A stretch of 64,000 nt of DNA from Dehalococcoidia bacterium (GCA_011170375.1 DUEV01000002.1:263052-327051), one strand, 5' to 3'; counted from the stretch's first letter, positions 25,877 through 35,356 are shown. Notes: generated by a model not told the origin, from the letters alone. Numbers and translations: made by a program.

Positions 25877-26380
25877 CTATGCTCCTCCTTCTTTGCCCTT
25901 GTCTCTTGAAAGCGCCTGCTTCTCAATTGACAACGTCTTATCAAGGCGACGGCGATAACGTTCATCACCGAAAAAACGCGCTTCGAGGAAGGCGGTCACC
26001 AATTCCGCAGCCAGTTCGGTACCGATGACACTTGCTCCCAGGCAGAGGACATTCATATCATCATGCTCAACACCCTGGTGTGCCGAGTAAACATCGTGGC
26101 AGATAGCAGCACGGATGCCAGGTATCTTGTTAGCGACAACACAGGCACCAACACCGCTACCACAAATAATGACACCACGTTGTGCCCTGCCAGAGACAAC
26201 AGCCTCGGCAACCGGCACCACGAAATCAGGATAGTCATCATCCGGCTCAAACGAATCGGCACCGACATCCAGTATCTCATAGCTGTCCTTCAGCCTGGCG
26301 ACCATCTCCTGTTTCAGGTAAAATCCACCGTGGTCGGCCCCAAAAGCTACTCGCAGTTTTCTTTCCTCAGAAGGACTCAT
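25877..26380 (-). CDS. rpiB: Ribose-5-phosphate isomerase B (RpiB/LacA/LacB family)
   Basis: VAFGADHGG, ICGSGVGACVVANKIPGIRAA, HDDMNVLCLG. It carries a roughly 20-aa C-terminal extension. Confidence 0.9.
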   Translation of the reverse strand: MSPSEERKLRVAFGADHGGFYLKQEMVARLKDSYEILDVGADSFEPDDDYPDFVVPVAEAVVSGRAQRGVIICGSGVGACVVANKIPGIRAAICHDVYSAHQGVEHDDMNVLCLGASVIGTELAAELVTAFLEARFFGDERYRRRLDKTLSIEKQALSRDKGKEGGA

Positions 26381-26409
26381 GTCTTCCTCCGCAATCGTCT
26401 TGCTGTCAA

Positions 26410-26438
26410 ACTCTAACCCGTTTCCACAAGGCTGTCAA
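26410..26438 (-). promoter_or_regulatory. Promoter TTGACA-N17-TAGAGT for rpiB-gnd
   Basis: The minus strand reads TTGACAGCCTTGTGGAAACGGGTTAGAGT (-35 at 26438-26433, -10 at 26415-26410), 30 nt before the rpiB ATG. Confidence 0.45.
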
Positions 26439-26556
26439 GATAAGAGGACATCACTTTCTGTGTCCAAATACAGGCTTCACAACCTGAAGGTTCATCAATA
26501 TCTGTATCTCGCTTGACATCACTTTAGTTTACACGTAGATTTTGGACAGGCAACCA

Positions 26557-26589
26557 GAAGAGAAAAGGGAGCCTTAATAAAGGCTCCCT
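26557..26589 (-). terminator. Rho-independent terminator after the 26655-27212 gene
   Basis: The minus strand reads AGGGAGCC-TTTATTAA-GGCTCCCT followed by TTTCTCTTC, an 8-bp stem. Confidence 0.55.
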
Positions 26590-26654
26590 ATATCGTGGGG
26601 GTGGGTCACAATATTAATCAGTAGTCAAAACACCCCACGAGATTATTAGGAGGT

Positions 26655-27212
26655 CTAAGGATTATACCAATCCCAGTCCATGTCTACTTCAAAATATTCT
26701 TCAGGTGCCCCAGTCTCATAAACAACATCCCCGCCTACTATAAGCCAAACCCCGGGATAAGCGGGCGCCATGGAAGTCTTAGTATACCAAGTATTCTCTT
26801 CTATGAATAACACCCTAAAGTGCAGAGTAGGCTCGGGGTAGACATTCCTCCCCACAACATCCGGAGAAAACTTGACGTGAAGGTTTCCGTTGCCATTCTT
26901 ATCGGTTTGAATAATCTCGCCTTCGTTATACACTGTGTATGGGTATATTGCTCCCATTTCGAGAATCTCCCAACAGATATAATACGTAGTGTTAGGTTCG
27001 GCTCCATTCAGGATGTATGACATCAATAAATAATTGACCGGACCTTCGGTATGAGTTCTTATCACCATGCCATTCCTCAGTTCATGACCTTCTGTCGGGC
27101 TTAGAGGCAGGCGTATGGTGTGGAAGTCCTTGTCAGCCAAGGCAGCTCCCACCGGGATAACAAGTATAGAGATAAGAACTGCAGTCAAGATAAGAGCTAG
27201 AATCTTTTTCAT
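26655..27212 (-). CDS. Secreted hypothetical protein (185 aa)
   Basis: The SD AAGGAGG precedes MKKILALILTAVLISILVIPVGAALA (signal peptide). The mature part is beta-rich and aromatic, and no family is recognised. The track start at 27353 is rejected. Confidence 0.6.
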   Translation of the reverse strand: MKKILALILTAVLISILVIPVGAALADKDFHTIRLPLSPTEGHELRNGMVIRTHTEGPVNYLLMSYILNGAEPNTTYYICWEILEMGAIYPYTVYNEGEIIQTDKNGNGNLHVKFSPDVVGRNVYPEPTLHFRVLFIEENTWYTKTSMAPAYPGVWLIVGGDVVYETGAPEEYFEVDMDWDWYNP

Positions 27213-27425
27213 TTTGTCCTCCTTATGTTTTTTGTGACCCAGTCCTAGCTTAACAGGCATAGATTTTCGTTCAACACGCACGGAGGTTAGCAAAGGATGC
27301 TCAAAAGGTAGCAGAAGACCAGCACATGAGGTAGCTGGATACCTTGAAAACACGTCTTGCCCGTTATATACTTGTTGCGACCTGAGATAGCTATTTTCAC
27401 AACATTTCTATAGCTACCTCACACA

Positions 27426-30400
27426 ATGGAGGAGCCACGATTGGCGAAGCCGTCCAGGACCCTAACAGCCTTCGGTAAGGATCTTGATGCCCTGCTTAAA
27501 CGGTCAGGAAACCTCAGCATCCGTGAATACGCTGACCAAGCCAACGTAAGCTACAAGTATGTGCTTCAGTTGCGAACAATGTCGGCCAGACAGCCAGGGA
27601 GGCTATACCCAAACCTCTTGAAACCATTTGTCCAGCTTAAGGTCATTGATCTGGTCGACAGCCATCGACTCTCCCTTCGCCACCGTAACAGACCTTTGTC
27701 CATTGCCGAGTGCCAGGAGCTATTTCCCGACATTCCGGAGCAAGAGCTCACAGAGTCAATCAGACAGGCACTTGAATCTGATGACAGCCACGACACGATT
27801 CTTAAAACAGTAGCCTCTCCACCAATTACCTATAGTCCGCTTAACCACCGTGTTTTCATCGGCCGTGAAGCAGAACTGGACATACTACAGTCCGCGTTTG
27901 ATAATGCTGTATCGGGCAAGGGCAGTCTTGTGATGGTAGTCGGTGAACCAGGCATCGGTAAAACTGCGCTTTGTGAAAGGCTCTCTACTTACGTTTCATC
28001 ACGTGGTGGAAAAACTCTTGTCGGACACTGCTATTCAGAGAAGTCGCTGTCTCTCCCTTACCTTGCTTTTATGGAAGTCTTACGCTCTGATATCCAGATG
28101 GAAAATATAAGCGAGTTAAGAGAAGAACTCGGCAATACTGCTATGGTTTTAGGGCGCATCGTCCCTGAAATTGCAGAGAAGTTGAAAATTTACCCGAGGC
28201 GTGAAGCAGACTCCGAAGAAGATAGATACAGGCTGATGGAGGCTGTTACCAATTTTCTAAGTAGAATTGCTACCGTACAGCCCCTGCTGGTTATCCTGGA
28301 GGACCTGCACAACGCCGATAAGGATACCCTGGAGATGCTGACCCACATCTCCCGGTACCTGGAAGAAAAGCTTCTCTTACTAGTTGGTACCTACCGGGAT
28401 GTGGAAGTCGACAGGACCCACCCACTATCGGCTACCCTGGCGGAATTGAGAAGGTTACCCAACTTCGGGAGAATCCTTGTTAAGGGTCTCAATGCTGATG
28501 AGGTGAGGCAGATGATATCAAGTATCACCAGCCAGGACGTGCCTCGTAGACTTTCTGAGTTAATCCACCACCAGACAGAAGGGAACCCCCTTTTCATACA
28601 GGAAGTAACCCGGTACTTGGTTGAAGAGGGGCTCTTCAGTCTACAGGGTGAAACCCAGCAATCAGCCAAAGATGTATCTGTTGAGATGAGATTACCGGAC
28701 GGACTGAGGGATGTCATCGGTAAACGTCTTTCCGGTCTTAGTGAACCATGCAACAAGGTGCTAGCGGTAGCTGCGGTCATTGGTAGGGACTTCTCATTGG
28801 AGGTATTGCAGAAGGTTGCAGGGATGACCGACGAAGAAATATTTAAAGCACTTGAAGAAGCCAGAAAGGCAGCAGTAATCGAGGAGAGGACGGATGTAGG
28901 AGCGACTGTAGACTATCATTTTACCCATGCCTTCTTCCGACAGATTCTTTATGAAGAGATTATTGCCCCAAGAAGAAACAGACTGCACCAGCAGGTGGCG
29001 CAGGCACTGGAGGAGGTATACAAGACTCGATTGGATGAACATGCAGCAGAGCTCGCAGAGCACTTTTCCTATTCCTCCGATGCAGCCGACCTAAGGAAAG
29101 CGGTGAGTTATGGTGAGATGGCTGCTCAACGAGCGATGGATATCTACGCCTATAGAGAGGCAGTGAGGTTACTGGAGCAAGCGCTCAAGGTACAGGGCGT
29201 GCTTGACCCCGACGACAGGAGTAAGCGGTGTGATATACTTCTGGCGCTCAGTGAAGCACATATACTAGCTGGCGAAGCACGGCGTGCTCTTGATGCGGAG
29301 TTACCCGAAGCTTTCTCGCTCGCCGAGGCTATACAGGATAGCTCACGTGCAACACAAGCCAGTTCGCGGGCTATCAGGGCGCTTTATGCATACGGAGCTG
29401 CGACCGCGTATGCGGCACCTGAAGCGTCTGAATGGGCTGAGCGTTTCAACCGATACGCGTCTCCTGAAACGTCGGATCGAGTTCTCGCTGACACTGCACT
29501 TGGGAGTGTCAGGTGTCAGACTGGTCATCCAGAGGAGGGCATCCCATTGCTTCAGAGAGCATTGGAGCTTAGTCGCCATTTGAGTGATCATCAGGCATTT
29601 CGGCGGGCAGCAATAGGATGGCTGGGCAACGCGATGACACCTCGGCACACCGACGAATGGATGCCCGTAGTTGAGGAATTGATACATACACCACGGTTTG
29701 GCTTAAGTCCGGAAGCACTCGCGATGGACTTGTTCATTCAAGGAAATGTGTTTCTGCATCTCGGTGAACGTGAGCGGGCCGAAGAGGTCTGGGGTGAAAT
29801 AACGGACATAGCTGAACGCACCAGACAACCTGCCGTGCAACTTATGGCGATGGCTACCGAAGCCCGTATCTGCGCTATGGACGGGCGATTGGAAGAGGCT
29901 ATTCAGATAACACACCGCCTGACAGTAACTGGTCGGGAATTTGGAATGCCTGAGCGTGCAGGTACAATGGTAGCTACTACCGGGCTAAGACCACGTCTAC
30001 AGCTCGGTGGCGGTAGTAACGCGCTTCGACGTAATGCGGAGTTTGCTGAGATGGTCTCTGATAAGCCATTGAAGACTTTCTGCTTGGCGCACCTCGGACA
30101 TGCCGCTGAAGTTATGGAAGAACTGTGGCTGATGACCACAATGCGCTCCAATATCGATCCCGATCAGGATGAGACCTCGGCATCTCAAGATGTCCTTATG
30201 CTGGAAGCAGCCGTCTTAGTGAATCATCAAGAGGCTGCTGATTTTTTACTAAAGCGACTTTCCGGAAGTAGAATTCATACAACTGGTATTTGGCATAACA
30301 CATGCATGGATCGCCACCTGGGAGCCGCTGCTGCACTCCTCGGTAGACCTGATGATGCTCTCAAACACTACCAAGAAGCAATCAAGGTATGTACAGATAT

Positions 30401-30584
30401 GAGGTTCCGTCCCGAGCTGGCCCTCACCCGCCTCCAGCTTGCGGAGCTGCTCCTAGAGCACTACCCGGATGAAGAGTCTGAGGCGCTGGAACACCTAGAC
30501 TTCGCCATCAACGAATTCCGAGAGATGAAGATGCAGCCCTCGCTGGAAAGGGCACTGAGGCATAAGGAGATTCTGGGGGCGTAG
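27426..30584 (+). CDS. STAND-class NTPase: N-terminal HTH, AAA_16-type P-loop, C-terminal TPR/helical-repeat sensor domain
   Basis: 1052 aa. HTH-like LSIREYADQANVSYKYVLQLR, then FIGREAELDIL, Walker A VVGEPGIGKTAL and Walker B LLVILEDLHNAD. A roughly 600-aa alpha-repeat region ends in the paralog-typical tail MKMQPSLERALRHKEILGA. Confidence 0.8.
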   Translation: MEEPRLAKPSRTLTAFGKDLDALLKRSGNLSIREYADQANVSYKYVLQLRTMSARQPGRLYPNLLKPFVQLKVIDLVDSHRLSLRHRNRPLSIAECQELFPDIPEQELTESIRQALESDDSHDTILKTVASPPITYSPLNHRVFIGREAELDILQSAFDNAVSGKGSLVMVVGEPGIGKTALCERLSTYVSSRGGKTLVGHCYSEKSLSLPYLAFMEVLRSDIQMENISELREELGNTAMVLGRIVPEIAEKLKIYPRREADSEEDRYRLMEAVTNFLSRIATVQPLLVILEDLHNADKDTLEMLTHISRYLEEKLLLLVGTYRDVEVDRTHPLSATLAELRRLPNFGRILVKGLNADEVRQMISSITSQDVPRRLSELIHHQTEGNPLFIQEVTRYLVEEGLFSLQGETQQSAKDVSVEMRLPDGLRDVIGKRLSGLSEPCNKVLAVAAVIGRDFSLEVLQKVAGMTDEEIFKALEEARKAAVIEERTDVGATVDYHFTHAFFRQILYEEIIAPRRNRLHQQVAQALEEVYKTRLDEHAAELAEHFSYSSDAADLRKAVSYGEMAAQRAMDIYAYREAVRLLEQALKVQGVLDPDDRSKRCDILLALSEAHILAGEARRALDAELPEAFSLAEAIQDSSRATQASSRAIRALYAYGAATAYAAPEASEWAERFNRYASPETSDRVLADTALGSVRCQTGHPEEGIPLLQRALELSRHLSDHQAFRRAAIGWLGNAMTPRHTDEWMPVVEELIHTPRFGLSPEALAMDLFIQGNVFLHLGERERAEEVWGEITDIAERTRQPAVQLMAMATEARICAMDGRLEEAIQITHRLTVTGREFGMPERAGTMVATTGLRPRLQLGGGSNALRRNAEFAEMVSDKPLKTFCLAHLGHAAEVMEELWLMTTMRSNIDPDQDETSASQDVLMLEAAVLVNHQEAADFLLKRLSGSRIHTTGIWHNTCMDRHLGAAAALLGRPDDALKHYQEAIKVCTDMRFRPELALTRLQLAELLLEHYPDEESEALEHLDFAINEFREMKMQPSLERALRHKEILGA
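30525..30584 (+). repeat. 60-nt direct repeat, copy 1 (last 19 codons plus stop of the STAND gene)
   Basis: ATGAAGATGCAGCCCTCGCTGGAAAGGGCACTGAGGCATAAGGAGATTCTGGGGGCGTAG is 56/60 identical to 31878-31937. Confidence 0.9.
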
Positions 30585-30708
30585 ATGAATTAATGGAACT
30601 CACTTAACATTTTACCATGTCGAGTCTTAAAGCCATACACGTGCCAAAAACACGCCCACGTAAGTTCTACACCAGATACCAATAGATGGAAAGAGCAAGG
30701 AGGAAATT

Positions 30709-31851
30709 ATGAATTGTGTCTATGCAAAGACTATATACACAGGTAAATCAGTCGTGAGGAATGCCTATCTTGTTATCGATGGTCAGAATGTCGTCAGGGT
30801 CTCCAAATCGGAAGAGGGAGCGTTACTGGGAACATTCGCCGTATTGACACCTGCCTTCATCGATGCACACAGTCACATCGGGATGAATCGTGCGGGAGAA
30901 CCTACAGCGGAAGCGGAGGGAAATGAGCACATGGCCCCAATTCTTGCTCTTACTGATGCACTTGATTCGGTGCAAATAGACGATGCTGCTCTCCGTGAGG
31001 CAGTCGAAATGGGGGTACTGTACTCGTGTGTTGTTCCTGGCAGTGGAAACATCATTGGCGGACTCTCAGCGGTGATCAGGAATTATGCAAAAAACAGCAC
31101 TGAGGCTTTAATTGCCCGCGCAGGTGTTAAGGCTGCCTTCGGTTTTAACCCTATGTCGACACAAAGCTGGAAAGGTGAGCGTCCATCTACACGAATGGGG
31201 GCGATAGCTATGCTCCGTTCGAAGCTCGATGAAGTGCAACAGAAGGTTGAGAGATTTCGGAAAGCGAAGGGTGAAAAAAAGCAGGAAATCACCTTTTCGG
31301 CTGCAGAGGTCGTGCTACGAGACGTACTAGCCGGCAAGCATATCCTGCGTGTTCATGCTCATAAGATCGACGATATTGCGGCACTGCTGCGTTTGGTAGA
31401 TGAATTCAAGCTGAAGGTCACAGTCGAGCACGCTATGGATGTGCACCAACCGGAGATTTTTCTGGAACTGAGGAAACGAGGAATCCCAGTCACTTATGGT
31501 CCGGTTGATGCATTTGCCTATAAGGTGGAGCTCAAGCACGAGAGTTGGCGAAATATTCATCATCTCCTGGAATCTGGAGTCGAGTATGGCCTCATGAGTG
31601 ATCATCCGGTTACTCCATCCAGGCAACTACTCCTGCAGACTCGCTGGTTCCTACGGGCAGGACTCTCGAAACAGCAGGCTATCGAGTTGCTTTCACGCAA
31701 GAACGCTGAGATTCTTGGTATCAATAAAATACTCGGCACACTCGAAGAAGGCAAATGGGCTTCGTTTACTTGCTGGAACGGAGACCCGTTCGATCTCACG
31801 GCATACCCTGTCGCCGTGTATGGAGAGGGAGAATTACTCTTCTCCGAGTGA
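30709..31851 (+). CDS. Amidohydrolase family metal-dependent hydrolase
   Basis: 380 aa. The N-terminal beta sandwich is followed by TPAFIDAHSHIGM (HxH), later HA...H and a C-terminal D-containing strand. SD AAGGAGGAA. Confidence 0.85.
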   Translation: MNCVYAKTIYTGKSVVRNAYLVIDGQNVVRVSKSEEGALLGTFAVLTPAFIDAHSHIGMNRAGEPTAEAEGNEHMAPILALTDALDSVQIDDAALREAVEMGVLYSCVVPGSGNIIGGLSAVIRNYAKNSTEALIARAGVKAAFGFNPMSTQSWKGERPSTRMGAIAMLRSKLDEVQQKVERFRKAKGEKKQEITFSAAEVVLRDVLAGKHILRVHAHKIDDIAALLRLVDEFKLKVTVEHAMDVHQPEIFLELRKRGIPVTYGPVDAFAYKVELKHESWRNIHHLLESGVEYGLMSDHPVTPSRQLLLQTRWFLRAGLSKQQAIELLSRKNAEILGINKILGTLEEGKWASFTCWNGDPFDLTAYPVAVYGEGELLFSE

Positions 31852-31877
31852 GGCAGGCACCCTTTAGCTAAAAGACC

Positions 31878-31937
31878 ATGAAGATGCAGCCCTCGCTGGA
31901 GAGGGCACTGAGGCATAAAGAGATACTGGGGGTGTAG
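31878..31937 (+). repeat. 60-nt direct repeat, copy 2 (orphan 3' tail of a STAND/TPR paralog)
   Basis: ATGAAGATGCAGCCCTCGCTGGAGAGGGCACTGAGGCATAAAGAGATACTGGGGGTGTAG. Three of its 4 differences from copy 1 are synonymous in the STAND frame. There is no homology on either side of the 60 nt. Confidence 0.9.
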
Positions 31938-32066
31938 TCAGCCACCCACCAGGGAATGAACAAAACGCCATTGTGTGAAGTCTATTCCATCTTGTTATGC
32001 AGTGGCTCAGCATACAGCCCAGAGCGCCTGAGTATTTATTCTGCAAGTGCGCTTCTATGGATGCAA

Positions 32067-32894
32067 TCATTGCCCCGTTGCAGCCGGGACAATCACTGGC
32101 CTGGGGTTCACTACTTTATGGTCAAAAAATAGTGTCATCAACTGCACACATAGTTTGGCAAACTCAGGTAATGCATCAAAGGCGTGAGGTGCACCGTCAA
32201 ACACATGCAATTCAACGCTGGCGCCGGCTTTATTCAGCGCATGATACATGTTAAAGCTTTCACTGTTTGGGACAACCTGGTCGGCATTTCCATGAATCAA
32301 AATCGTTGGCGGAAAACTACTATTTGCGTAACTAATCGGGCTTGCTTTGGTAGCGATTTCGTCACTCCCAGCTGCACCCAGCAGACTGTTTTCCGCATCA
32401 TTTTTATTGAAACGTAGCGTTGTTGGTGGGTAGATTGCTGAAATGGCGGCACACTTCGAACTTACGTTTATGTTGCCACCTTCTCCCTCAAACGCATCTG
32501 TATCACAACCCATCATCAGGGCCAGATGGGCGCCTGCTGAGTTTCCGGTTACACATATTTTCCCCTCATCGATACCCAATTTGTTTGCGTTTGCACGCAT
32601 CCACCTAAGAGCCGCTTTAGCATCATGAATCTGCGCAGGCCAATGTGCCTCACCTGACAAACGATACTCGCAGGCTACCCCGACAAAATCATACCTGGCA
32701 AGCTGGATGCCGTAATACCTTAGCTGGCTCCGGTCTCCGGACCGCCAGGCGCCACCGTGAACAATCAGCACACCAGGACGACGACCTCCATCTGATGGTG
32801 GATGATAAATATCGCACTTTAAGTCACGATTTCCAGTAGTTCCAAACACCACGTCATTTTCAACAGTAACCCTACCTGGTAACAGCTGTAGCAT
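32067..32894 (-). CDS. Alpha/beta hydrolase (esterase/lipase, HGG-type)
   Basis: HGGAW oxyanion motif (VLIVHGGAWRSGD), nucleophile elbow GNSAGAH and a C-terminal HGNADQVV / APHAF. Confidence 0.85.
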   Translation of the reverse strand: MLQLLPGRVTVENDVVFGTTGNRDLKCDIYHPPSDGGRRPGVLIVHGGAWRSGDRSQLRYYGIQLARYDFVGVACEYRLSGEAHWPAQIHDAKAALRWMRANANKLGIDEGKICVTGNSAGAHLALMMGCDTDAFEGEGGNINVSSKCAAISAIYPPTTLRFNKNDAENSLLGAAGSDEIATKASPISYANSSFPPTILIHGNADQVVPNSESFNMYHALNKAGASVELHVFDGAPHAFDALPEFAKLCVQLMTLFFDHKVVNPRPVIVPAATGQ

Positions 32895-33066
32895 AATTTC
32901 TCCTTCTAGATTGTATTCCGAACGTTATGATTTGGGCACAAAATGGGTGCCCTCTAGTGTGCTTATTCTACACCTGATTATGGTTTGTCAACAAGGAAGG
33001 AAATTCTGGGAGCGTAGGCTACTGCTGCTATGTATCGTTAAGTATTTGGATACCCGGCAATCTATA

Positions 33067-33148
33067 TCACCCAGTCTTGACAAAACCCATTCAGCCCCTA
33101 GAGCATCATCTAGACCAGTACATTTACTACAGTCATTCCTTTCAGGTG
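33067..33148 (+). repeat. Promoter/leader module, copy A (degenerate -10)
   Basis: About 75% identical by eye to 33811-33890. It contains TTGACA (33077-33082), a 16-nt spacer and TAGAGC, and ends in CTTTCAGGTG. Confidence 0.6.
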
Positions 33149-33264
33149 AAAAGGTGCACGCTGACATCATGGCTGAGCATATTTACATATTGTAATCGCT
33201 ATCGAAATTATGATATTATAATGGTAAGGCACAAGTAATCCTCCCTAAGGAACATTTTTTGAGC

Positions 33265-33705
33265 ATGATACGGCGCATGATAACTAAAATAACCTTTTCC
33301 TGCGGAATAGTAGGCAGTGTCTGGACTATTCTGTGTACCACACTGATAATATCATTCATCCCTGGACAGGGAGAGGTAATCGTGATAGAAATTACCGAAG
33401 GGCAAACAGTGCGACAGGTATCCAGTGCGATAGTATCAACTATGAATATTGGTGACCTTACACTGCTTGTTCTGGCAGGCTTATCTCTCGTGATGGGCGT
33501 GCTGGCACTTGTGGCCGTACTATCACTGAAAAAGAGGCCTTACCTGAGAAACGCTCTTATGTGGTTTAGCACTTCTGTCATACTGGTAGTCGGACTCTTT
33601 GGCATAGGCATACTACTCCCCGCTGCGATTTTGCTGGTAATAGCAGCTATAGGAATGCGAGAAGGTAGTGAAGTTCCGGGTGAGATAGCGGCAATAGAAG
33701 GGTGA
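33265..33705 (+). CDS. Hypothetical membrane protein (4 TM)
   Basis: The ATG at 33265 is the third codon of the TTG-initiated track ORF. Hydrophobic helices run throughout and no family is recognised. Confidence 0.5.
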   Translation: MIRRMITKITFSCGIVGSVWTILCTTLIISFIPGQGEVIVIEITEGQTVRQVSSAIVSTMNIGDLTLLVLAGLSLVMGVLALVAVLSLKKRPYLRNALMWFSTSVILVVGLFGIGILLPAAILLVIAAIGMREGSEVPGEIAAIEG

Positions 33706-33810
33706 ATTCAGCAGAAGATACTCAAGCCGGTCTTCTACCATCGAATAGCTTTTAAAACCTCTCCAGTTACTACCTCTCAGACTGCCTGATGGCTTATGTC
33801 ACCCATAATC

Positions 33811-33890
33811 TCACCAGCTTGACAAAACCCTTTCAGCCTCCTAGAGTATCCTTATACCGGTACCTGTACTAAAGCTCTTTCTTTCAGGTG
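33811..33890 (+). promoter_or_regulatory. Promoter/leader module, copy B: TTGACA-N17-TAGAGT driving the lipase-like gene
   Basis: -35 at 33819-33824 and -10 at 33842-33847. The SD GGTGG lies just before the ATG at 33896. Confidence 0.5.
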
Positions 33891-33895
33891 GCGAG

Positions 33896-35356
33896 ATGTT
33901 TGCAGGCATTGTGGGGCGGCTTTTACTGACGACGGTCATTGGATTGTGCCTTCAGACTACCCTACCCGCATCAGCACAGTCCGCAGCGGAAGTCCTCACT
34001 CAGGTCAAGGAACTGAACTTCCTTTTTCTGCACGGTATGGGCGGCAGCAGCTGCTCCATGCAGCTCCTGTCTGACCACATTACTGAGCAGCTGCCAGCCT
34101 TCGCTGCCATCTACGAACGAGACAACCCTGACATCGAAATCAGGATGAATAAGCTAATAAGATGCTATCCGGGTTATGAAGACATTGAAACCTGGGCCCA
34201 GAATATCACCGGTAGCATCGACGAGCATTTCGGTGACAAGCAAGACCTCATCATTGTTGGACATAGTATGGGAGGCAAAGCGGCGCTCTATGCAGTAGCC
34301 CAGAACATCAATAATCTCGCTGACAAGACGGCCGCAGTCATCACTATAAACAGTCCTATAAAGAGTCTGGGTGAGTACTATATCCCTGGTGGCGGAGAGG
34401 TAGTGGATTACTGTCGGACCGTTATGCTGGGTACTGACGAAGGAATCTGTGAGTCTGTAACCTTACGGGACAGCTCTCAAGACGGGGAATGGGTAAGCCA
34501 GAACAAACACTGGCTGGCCTTCATAGCAGCGGAAGGCGCCCCACTCAGCGAGCAATTTGACCGCGCTGGTGTCGACATATGGCCGAGAGATATGGACGAT
34601 GGCGCGATACCACTCTCCGCGCAGTATTCTGACGCAGCCGATGTCTTCTACTATGGACAGCACGGCCACAGTGACTTCGGTAGCATCGACGAGGTGGCTG
34701 CATTGATTGCCGACCGGACTCTCCGTTATATCTTCGGGATGCCCATCGAATATTCCGTTCTTTACAAAGAAGGCAACCTCGAGCACAAAGCTGACTGGCT
34801 ACTGGGCACTGACCACTGGACTGATGTCGTCGGCGAAGTTGTCATCAGCAGTGGCCGGCTTGAGCACAGCAACAAGTATTGGACCAGGTGGCTACAGTGG
34901 GAAGATGTGCTTGGGGAATGCCCTCCTCAGAGTCAGCGGAGCAGCATACTGGTTACTCGATTGTCCATACCAATTTTAACAAGCATCAAGGAAGTGCGCT
35001 GGTACAACCCTGACGACCCTGAAGACTGTCGGCTCTATATACGAACGGGGGCCGCACCAAGAACCACAGTCCGGCTGGACTGGACTATCTATCAGCAGGA
35101 CCTGCTACCCGAGGAAACACCACGCTCCCATTATGAAGTCGAAATAACAGATGGCACCCCTCTGGCTGCCATCAGGCAGGTTTCATGGATGACTGTGGAC
35201 CCTAGTGATATCAGACTACGAATATGGTCTGAAGCACAAAGTCCCTTCCGCTGGTTCAAGGCGGCATTGAGAACTTACCACAGAGAAAGTCGCCAGAGGC
35301 AGGTCATCGATGAGATTTCAACAAAGGTGATAATAGAGAGCATACCAGGCAACTAA
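33896..35356 (+). CDS. Secreted alpha/beta hydrolase (lipase/esterase-like) with an uncharacterised roughly 250-aa C-terminal domain
   Basis: Signal peptide ...LQTTLPASAQS. FLFLHGMGGSS oxyanion region and GHSMGG nucleophile elbow. The C-terminal half has no recognised family. Confidence 0.75.
   Translation: MFAGIVGRLLLTTVIGLCLQTTLPASAQSAAEVLTQVKELNFLFLHGMGGSSCSMQLLSDHITEQLPAFAAIYERDNPDIEIRMNKLIRCYPGYEDIETWAQNITGSIDEHFGDKQDLIIVGHSMGGKAALYAVAQNINNLADKTAAVITINSPIKSLGEYYIPGGGEVVDYCRTVMLGTDEGICESVTLRDSSQDGEWVSQNKHWLAFIAAEGAPLSEQFDRAGVDIWPRDMDDGAIPLSAQYSDAADVFYYGQHGHSDFGSIDEVAALIADRTLRYIFGMPIEYSVLYKEGNLEHKADWLLGTDHWTDVVGEVVISSGRLEHSNKYWTRWLQWEDVLGECPPQSQRSSILVTRLSIPILTSIKEVRWYNPDDPEDCRLYIRTGAAPRTTVRLDWTIYQQDLLPEETPRSHYEVEITDGTPLAAIRQVSWMTVDPSDIRLRIWSEAQSPFRWFKAALRTYHRESRQRQVIDEISTKVIIESIPGN

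Noticed and set aside
26513-26541. Plus-strand TTGACA-N17-TAGATT promoter-like site with no downstream + gene
   Set aside because: It would transcribe only into the minus-strand terminator hairpin and antisense to the 26655-27212 gene. Without expression data I cannot tell a real antisense promoter from a chance match in an AT-rich spacer, so I do not call it as a feature.
27426-30584. STAND protein as an Avs-like antiphage sensor
   Set aside because: The N-terminal module looks like an HTH rather than a nuclease, protease, TIR or other effector, and no other defence genes flank it. I keep it as a less likely alternative under the regulator finding.
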